From contig CBDBZU010000004.1 in NCBI GenBank assembly GCA_965213625.1, positions 1,280,001 through 1,344,000 on the forward strand: DNA of 64,000 nucleotides. Direction: 5' to 3'. How positions within the stretch are numbered: the stretch's first letter is position 1; every line of letters starts with the position of its first letter. The notes under the pieces are model-generated. The model was not told where the DNA came from, made no database searches, and saw only the letters and a list, made by a program, of their open reading frames with translations. Origin of the DNA: a bacterium (GTDB lineage Bacteria; UBA8248). Shown in pieces: positions 57,886-64,000 of the stretch. The position numbers and the translations under genes are program-made.

Positions 57886-58213
57886 TTTGTGGGATAAGGC
57901 GCCGGGGCACTCAAACGCAGGGGAATTCTGCCACAGCCTGGGACTTCCGCAATCACGGCAAATGCGGGGAATTGCGGAGGTATTTTCTGTTGTCGCCATT
58001 ATTTCAGGCTTCGGAAGCGTTCATCCGGGTTCCGGATTGACATATTGTCAGACCCGTACTGATTTCTTCCGAAAAATAGTCAAAGCGTGAGGCCATGCCA
58101 AGGAAGTGGGAAGGCGTTTTGCCGAAGCCTTACGCGCTGAGCAGGTATTTTATCTCGTTGTAATCATATAGGTTATGCGTATAAACGATTATTCGGCGGA
58201 GAATGCTCCATTC

Positions 58214-58229
58214 TGGCACGATTCGTGCA
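58214..58229 (+). promoter_or_regulatory. sigma54 (-24/-12) promoter
   Basis: TGGCAC-GATTC-GTGCA versus consensus TGGCAC-N5-TTGCW; correct GG-N10-GC spacing. Confidence 0.65.
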
Positions 58230-58239
58230 TATTTTAAGG

Positions 58240-58420
58240 GTGTGAACCATTAGCCCTCAATGGGCGCCTTTTATAGAGGAGCCTTTTCTCCCCGGTGATC
58301 AGTTGAAGGGTCCCCCGATACTGTTTCACTGACATCTCGCCGAATGATTCGCCTTAGACACAGGCGGATTCCTTCCAAAATGGGGCATGTCCTCCGGGGC
58401 GTGCCCCTAGTCTTTATTTA
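58240..58420 (+). ncRNA. Candidate structured small RNA
   Basis: Lies between the sigma54 motif and a terminal hairpin; several stem-loops; no convincing ORF. Family not recognised. Confidence 0.4.
58382..58420. terminator. GC-rich hairpin, probable (bidirectional) terminator
   Basis: GGGGCATGTCC-tcc-GGGGCGTGCCCC followed by TAGTCTTTATTT on + and ATTTT on -. Confidence 0.65.
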
Positions 58421-58998
58421 TCAAGTAGTTGTTCGAGCAAGGCGGGCGCTTCGAGGAGCGTTGGGAGGGTTAAATCGCTGGGAATCGAGGAGCATTCCGC
58501 CAGGTGGACCGACAACATGCCGGCCGTTTTGGCCGCCATCATGTCGTATTTCCCGTCACCGATGACGACGCATTTACCGGGCGATACGCCGATCGCCTCG
58601 GCGCCCGCGAACATGGGCCTCGGGTCAGGCTTCCAGTAGCCGATATCCCGGGTGATCAGGATTTCTAGCGAGATGTTTATTTTTTTCACCATTGTCAGAA
58701 CGTGCCGCTCCGCGTTGTTCGTCACGACGCCGAAGGGAATTTTTCTGGTTCTCAAGTAGGCGAGCAATTCGTGCGCGCCATCGTTGGCTTCCGCCATGTC
58801 GGCGGCCTTAAGTTCATGTTTTTCAAGGATATCTGATATTTCATGCGCGCGTTTGGCAGAGAGCGTGGGGAGAAGATCCAGTATGGATACGTCCCCATCG
58901 ACCAATCCCATCTCCTCTTTCATGGCGGGCCAGTCAAAGGCGGGTTTTGTGAGCGTACCGTCAAAATCAAGCAATACGCCCTCCAAGGCTCGTTTCAT
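58414..58998 (-). CDS. HAD-family hydrolase
   Basis: LDFDGTL, VTNN, KPDP, IGDGKYD. Confidence 0.9.
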   Translation of the reverse strand: MKRALEGVLLDFDGTLTKPAFDWPAMKEEMGLVDGDVSILDLLPTLSAKRAHEISDILEKHELKAADMAEANDGAHELLAYLRTRKIPFGVVTNNAERHVLTMVKKINISLEILITRDIGYWKPDPRPMFAGAEAIGVSPGKCVVIGDGKYDMMAAKTAGMLSVHLAECSSIPSDLTLPTLLEAPALLEQLLDK

Positions 58999-59008
58999 AT
59001 TTGCTTCC

Positions 59009-60022
59009 TCACAGCACTTTTGAAATTTCATCGGAATCGAAACGCTTAAGCGGATAGGTTTTCCCGCCGCGCCCAATCATCACCCCAAATTCAGGCGCGC
59101 ATAATCTGCCGATGCAGACACCCATTGCGCCGGTCGTCATGAGTGCTTCTCGCACGATTTCTTCTCCTTCCGCCGGAACCGCCAATAAAAGCGCTCCCGA
59201 CGTAATGACACCTAAAGGGTTTAGATTCAATGCTTTGCAAATCTTTTCCCCTTCAACGGAGATGGGAATGCGGTCTTCTTCTACGAGTGCCCCCAAACCA
59301 GCAGCTTCCGCCATTTCATGGACGCCGGTGGCGAGCCCACCCTCGGTCGGGTCGTGCATGGCGTGTACCTGGCCCGTGCCGGCCGCCGCCAGAGCTTGCG
59401 CCACTACGCTGATACCGGGAGATTCTAGGTATCTTTTCGCGTTCTCCAGAATCTCGACATCCATAATGTTTTTCAGAAAATCATATTTTGCACCCGCCAG
59501 GATCGCCGTACCTTCAACAGGTATCGCCCGCGTAAGTAGAATTAAATCATCTGCTTGCGCGTCGGCACCACGAATCAGGTTCTCCCTGGAAACTTCACCC
59601 AGCATGTGGCCCGAAAGAATCGGAAATTCCAGTCCCGATGTAATCTCCGTATGACCGCCGCATAAGGTGATTTCCAAATCGGCGCAAGTATCTCCCACTT
59701 CTTTCCAAATACAGCTTACCATCGCCTCATCAGCGCGTCCTTCCGGCAGAAGCAGGGTCATCAGAAACCACAAAGGAGTAGCGCCCATGCAAGCGATATC
59801 GTTTGCGTTCACATGTACGGCATAGCGTCCGATATGATGCTCCACGAACGTGATGGGGTCTGATTTCGCGACGAGAAAGCGTTCTCCCATATCGATGACG
59901 GCCGCGTCTTCTCCAACCTGTGGACCCACTACGAGACGCGGGTGCGAACTCGTGTTCTTGAGGAGGGTATCCAGTACATCCGGCGGAAGCTTGCCTACTG
60001 GAAATGAAGGATGTTTTACCAT
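59009..60022 (-). CDS. AIR synthase-related (PurM/HypE-like fold) protein
   Basis: GKLP, GEDAAV, SDPIT, NANDIA..GA.P, GGHTE, MHDPTEGG, NPL..I.SG.LL. Confidence 0.85.
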   Translation of the reverse strand: MVKHPSFPVGKLPPDVLDTLLKNTSSHPRLVVGPQVGEDAAVIDMGERFLVAKSDPITFVEHHIGRYAVHVNANDIACMGATPLWFLMTLLLPEGRADEAMVSCIWKEVGDTCADLEITLCGGHTEITSGLEFPILSGHMLGEVSRENLIRGADAQADDLILLTRAIPVEGTAILAGAKYDFLKNIMDVEILENAKRYLESPGISVVAQALAAAGTGQVHAMHDPTEGGLATGVHEMAEAAGLGALVEEDRIPISVEGEKICKALNLNPLGVITSGALLLAVPAEGEEIVREALMTTGAMGVCIGRLCAPEFGVMIGRGGKTYPLKRFDSDEISKVL

Positions 60023-60202
60023 TTCATAACCATAGGGAGGAGTCTTTATAACATCAAGAGCACAAGGCGTTTTCATGTTGACGCCCGGGTTGGAGCGTTT
60101 TAGAATCCCGACTTCCTGATAAAGGTATGGAAACACTTGCCTTTTCGGGAAATGAGCCGATAAGGTACAACCCTTGGTTGTCCGTTGATTGCTTCACATA
60201 CT

Positions 60203-60278
<76 letters not shown>

Positions 60279-60296
60279 GAAATTCTCCAGTTCGCG

Positions 60297-60860
60297 TCAA
60301 TTTGTATCCGTAATGCCTTCCAAATCAATGCTTTTTCCGTTTAACTCAACCGTGCTCGCCAATGGAACCGCCGTCTGGATCATTTGCTCGGCATAGCAGC
60401 CTTGTTTCGCCAGTCGAATGATGTTCAGAATCTTTTCTTCTGTCTCGCTCGATTCCACCTTGAAGTGCGTGCGTACCCCTCGGCATCCTGAGTTCACGTC
60501 GCCTCTCAGGACGGAACCTTTCAGAAAATAATCGAATTCCACGCGGCAGGTGGCCTTCTCGAAGGTCGTTTTCGTCATATGGGCGTACCGCCCAAGCTGG
60601 GTCAACAGTCAGAACCCGACCCCCATGGCGATGTATGTGAGAGGCTGCGGATACCTGTCCTCTCCGCCGATGCGGGGCGGTTCGTCGCTGAGTACTTCAA
60701 AATGCCGGAAGCGTCCGATTTTGAGCTGCCCATCGTCCATCGTTTCCGTCTCTGCGAGCATTGTGATCTCATACCCGTCTTTTGGAAGTTCAGGCTTGTC
60801 GATCGGCCGCTCGCCGGGCGCGGTGCTCTCATGCCAAGGATAATTGATGCTTTCCACCAT
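60297..60860 (-). CDS. OsmC-like protein with in-frame UGA (60609-60611), probable selenoprotein
   Basis: ORFs 60609-60860 and 60297-60605 are one frame: SDEPPRIGGED.YPQPLTYIAMGVGF-TGA-LLTQLGRYA...AKQGCYAE. The UGA sits at the first catalytic Cys position of OsmC/Ohr folds; second Cys present. Confidence 0.85.
60580..60594 (-). promoter_or_regulatory. Candidate bacterial SECIS hairpin
   Basis: Perfect TGGGCG-GTA-CGCCCA starting 14 nt after the UGA. Confidence 0.65.
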
Positions 60861-60909
60861 CTTGGAATGTCCTCCTGGGATTGGATGAAAATGATTGTTT
60901 ATATGAGTA

Positions 60910-61581
60910 TTACTCCCATTTCAACACACGCAGGTAGCCCTCTTGCGGAATCTGGACGAGCGGTTCCAGACGTTCCTCTTTTTTGTGCATCTGTATGGTT
61001 TTGAGATGCGCATACGCCTCCCAGAGCATGTGGCGGAACGTGTATTCCAGGTTGAAATGAAACAACTCCGCGTCCTCGGGGTCGATCCACACGCCGGTGC
61101 GGTGGGCTTTGAGGGTGACGCTTTCGCGCCATTCGCGGACATTCTCGCCGGTTCCGGGCCGTATCTTGCCGTGCGGAACACGCTCGGATATCTTCCTCTC
61201 ATCGCAAATCGACTCGGTCGTCTCCGTTCCCAACACCTCCCAGGCGAGGGCGAACGAATCCCGCATTGCGCCGATAAGGTCTTGAATTTGCGGGCAAAAC
61301 TCGTCTTTCATCATTCGCCCATCGAAGCGTTCGAGCAACTCCTTATCGCGCGGGAGCGCATCGCCGAAGAGAATCGCACCCCAGCGAACGAGCAGCCACC
61401 GGTAGGGCAGCGAAGCCACGTGGCTCACCTGATCCTGAATCGACCACAGACCCCAACTTTTCTCCTCTCTTGTTTTCCGCAACACATCCTCGGGGAGGCC
61501 GCGCGTTTCTTTATCATATAAATCAACTACTTGCGGGAATTCCGGGAAAAGATCGCGCGCCGCATTTCCTCGCATTTGCAT
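60910..61581 (-). CDS. DinB/YfiT-like protein (tentative)
   Basis: WSIQDQVSHVAS and FRHMLWEAYAHLKTI helices with DinB-like His spacing; RBS GGAGG. Confidence 0.6.
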   Translation of the reverse strand: MQMRGNAARDLFPEFPQVVDLYDKETRGLPEDVLRKTREEKSWGLWSIQDQVSHVASLPYRWLLVRWGAILFGDALPRDKELLERFDGRMMKDEFCPQIQDLIGAMRDSFALAWEVLGTETTESICDERKISERVPHGKIRPGTGENVREWRESVTLKAHRTGVWIDPEDAELFHFNLEYTFRHMLWEAYAHLKTIQMHKKEERLEPLVQIPQEGYLRVLKWE

Positions 61582-61640
61582 GTTCTGGATTCCTCCGCAC
61601 CGATATAGAATCAGTCGCATACCCGGCCTGAATCGGGCCT

Positions 61641-61769
61641 ATAAATTATCAGAAAACATCGTGAATTTATCGAAAAACCCCGTGAATTTATCGATATTTA
61701 CGGAAAATATGACTATTTGCATTAAATTGCATTTCATCATTTCTGAATAAGCCCGGCGATTCTCCCATT
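61641..61769 (-). repeat. AT-rich repeat, copy B, with internal 21-bp-period direct repeat
   Basis: CGTGAATTTATCGA at 61660 and 61681; the reverse complement matches copy A. Confidence 0.85.
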
Positions 61770-62193
61770 CGCTCTTCCTCGAAGACCTCCGGAAATCACC
61801 CTGTGATTGCGTCGCTACGCGCGAGACGCACCATACCGAATTCTGGTATTTCTCGCCCTCCGCACATTCAGGAAATACGCCCCTTCGCCATATTCCCGAG
61901 CGTCCGTCTCGAACGATTCCGTGCCACGCCACCAAAGCCAAGTTCTCATTGCTTGCCCGCGCTCGCGCCCATGCATTCAGGCAAGTAATCCCGAAACCCG
62001 ACTCGGGAATTATATTCGAGAATGAATGTAAAGCGCAGCCTCCTTGTAGCTCTCTTTGGCCAGAGGAAAGATTGGTTATCCGTCATAAATGCGCTTCCAC
62101 CCGATGTCACCGTCGTCTATCCTGATCATCGTCATTCCGGCAATTCCCGAGCCGGAGCAGATCTGTTTCCAATCCCCGTTACTGGAGGACTTC

Positions 62194-63594
62194 TTACGTC
62201 GGGGCGTGTTGAAACACCTTGATGATCCTCAGGCTGCGAGGCTTCCGCATACCGTTGTTACGGATGAGTGGTAGCGAGATCACGGCATGCCTCTCTCCCC
62301 GCGGAATCGTTGCGGTGATGATTTCGTCATGGAAATCCACGCCCGGGACGGCGGGGTTGGCGCCGCTTCCGGGCGCGAGGCGCACCCACACCCGGATGTC
62401 CTCGGGCGCTTCGACCGGAAGCGAGAGCCTCACCTGGAGCGCCTTGCCGCTGACGATGCTGTTTTGCAGGGGCCGGATGCTTACTCGATTCGTCAGAGTG
62501 GAAGTTTCGATTCGTCTTGCGACCTTGATGCGGCCGATTTTATCGACGGGCCGCCAGAGATTGAATACACTCGGGACCCCATTTTTTGGCAACACCCCAA
62601 AGCCTTCCCAGCGGGGCTTCGGCTTCGGCGGACCCCCGATTGGAACGGAGACTTTTGCCAGAAACGACGACGAGTCCTTGCCGCCGCGTATACCATCTTG
62701 ACCGGCGGAGAAACTCAGCCAGGGGTGGGGGCGCCAGTCGACGCCGAGGCTGGCACCTTCCTTCCAATCGCCTGTTCCGTCTTCGGCCTGCCGGCGGTAG
62801 GCGGTCAGATTCGCGCGAACGGTCGTCGTCAACTTGAGATTCAAGCCGAGTTCCACCCCCTCGAGAGCGCGCTCCTCAAACCCGGGGTCTGTGGGACGCC
62901 AACTCGTGGCGGGCAGGAAATACGTAAACGACCCCGTTCCCCAGCGTCCTGAGTAGTCCACCCGGGACGTCAGAACCTGGTGTCCCCACTGCGCGTTGTT
63001 CAGAGAGAACGCGGACAACCCGACGACGTCCGCGTCCGACTCATCGGTAAGACGAAATCGATACCCCACGCCGAAACGCAAGTCGTCGCGGGAATCTCCC
63101 TCGGAGTCCCGCCACCGGGTGACGCCCTGCTGCAGGTACAACGAAAAACGGGTGCGGTGATCTTTTTCGGTAAACGCGAGCGGAATCACGATGTCGAGAT
63201 CGTTCACAAAACCTGTCCCGTTCTTATAAGAGAGATCGCCGAAAAACTGGAAATCCTCCCCGAACGCTTCCTTTCCGAATACATTTGCGGAGTCCATGCC
63301 TTTTCTCAGCATCAGATTCAGGCCGCTATCGAGAAGGCAGTTCGTCCCGCTCGATAGAACGCCTTCGAAAGCCGTCATGCAATTGCCCGCGGTGCTCAGG
63401 GAGTCTTCCAGAAACCAATCGAAAGCATCGGCTTTCATGGGAGAAAAGACGAAAACGAGGGCTGTCGCGAACGTGAGAGTACGTGAAATTTTCAGAACGG
63501 CGCGGCTCGCCATAACGAGGAGAGAAAGAGAAAAACCGGATGAGATGCCATCCAGGCGCAATCGTGTTCGAATGTATCGCTCCGCTTTCATCAT
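62194..63594 (-). CDS. Inverse autotransporter beta-domain-like outer membrane protein with a short Calx-beta-like C-terminus
   Basis: Signal-like N-terminus; amphipathic strands (LYLQQGVTRW, DLRFGVGYRF, ERALEGVELG, GVDWRPHPWL); C-terminal A.PGVDF......TIPRGE....I.LP. Start codon uncertain. Confidence 0.6.
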   Translation of the reverse strand: MMKAERYIRTRLRLDGISSGFSLSLLVMASRAVLKISRTLTFATALVFVFSPMKADAFDWFLEDSLSTAGNCMTAFEGVLSSGTNCLLDSGLNLMLRKGMDSANVFGKEAFGEDFQFFGDLSYKNGTGFVNDLDIVIPLAFTEKDHRTRFSLYLQQGVTRWRDSEGDSRDDLRFGVGYRFRLTDESDADVVGLSAFSLNNAQWGHQVLTSRVDYSGRWGTGSFTYFLPATSWRPTDPGFEERALEGVELGLNLKLTTTVRANLTAYRRQAEDGTGDWKEGASLGVDWRPHPWLSFSAGQDGIRGGKDSSSFLAKVSVPIGGPPKPKPRWEGFGVLPKNGVPSVFNLWRPVDKIGRIKVARRIETSTLTNRVSIRPLQNSIVSGKALQVRLSLPVEAPEDIRVWVRLAPGSGANPAVPGVDFHDEIITATIPRGERHAVISLPLIRNNGMRKPRSLRIIKVFQHAPT

Positions 63595-63854
63595 GCAGGA
63601 AGTTTGTGCTGCTACGTGAGATTCGAGGAAAACTTCTTTTTCAAGTTCGAATGCTCGGATGATTATACCGGCGACGTGACGATCACATTTGACGTATCGG
63701 AGCCGGGCGGCAATACAACGAAAAAAACTGTTTCATTCACCTGCAACTGAGATTGGGCGCGGTTCATCAATCCTTCCTTGAGGGTCAAACCCGACCGATG
63801 AGGTCAGTTCCGACTGAAAAAAGGAGGAACTGCGTTTGTGCTCGCTCCCAAGGC

Positions 63855-63942
63855 CGGGTTGTTGACCTCCCCAACCGAGAGTGTTCACCGTCATTCCGGT
63901 GTCAATTCCGACCAAGGCGGGAGGGAAGCCGGAATCCATTTT
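63855..63942. repeat. Degenerate copy of the MITE/REP family
   Basis: GGGTTGTTGA followed by GTCATTCCGG...GCCGGAATCCATTTT, same order as in the 53084 element; probably continues beyond the window. Confidence 0.55.
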
Positions 63943-64000
63943 ACGCCTTTTGCTTTTTGTCAGGGTTCCCACGCATCGGCGGGAGATGAAATGACGCCGT

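Noticed and set aside
58160-58176. IHF site upstream of the sigma54 promoter
   Set aside because: AATCATATAGGTTA is one base off the WATCAR-N4-TTR spacing; too weak to call.
58344-58565. 73-aa + strand ORF as the product of the sigma54 promoter
   Set aside because: No clear RBS, crosses the terminator hairpin and overlaps the HAD gene antisense.
59009-60022. Possible selenophosphate synthetase SelD or hydrogenase maturation HypE
   Set aside because: Lacks the N-terminal (C/U)xxK motif of SelD and the C-terminal PRIC of HypE.

Overview
GC-rich bacterial chromosome segment; taxonomy cannot be fixed from the sequence. Left arm (1-24.8 kb): housekeeping genes (CDP-alcohol phosphatidyltransferase, rluB, scpA/scpB, panE-like) mixed with orphan catabolic genes: enolase-family enzyme, several amidohydrolases, KamA-like radical SAM enzyme, an atypical CoA-transferase pair, and a two-gene nitrile/thiocyanate hydrolase-like unit. 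A tightly coupled operon (amidohydrolase-NifU-MFS-MFS) ends in a PrdB/GrdB-like gene split by an in-frame UGA, a probable selenoprotein. An IS1182-family element with a 5-bp target duplication sits inside a miniature element with similar ends, next to a histidine-decarboxylase-like/ACT pair. Centre (28.5-53 kb): two tandem complex I operons, a complete nuoA-N followed by nuoABCDHJKLMN lacking nuoE, F, G and also nuoI. Right arm: a REP/MITE repeat cluster, a very GC-rich hydantoinase/oxoprolinase pair, and a less GC-rich ~4 kb block bracketed by an inverted AT-rich repeat. That block holds a sigma54-type promoter driving a candidate ORF-less structured RNA, HAD and AIR-synthase-like genes, tRNA-Phe, a second probable selenoprotein (OsmC-like) and a DinB-like gene. 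An inverse-autotransporter-like gene closes the window. All calls come from motif recognition by eye; no searches were run.
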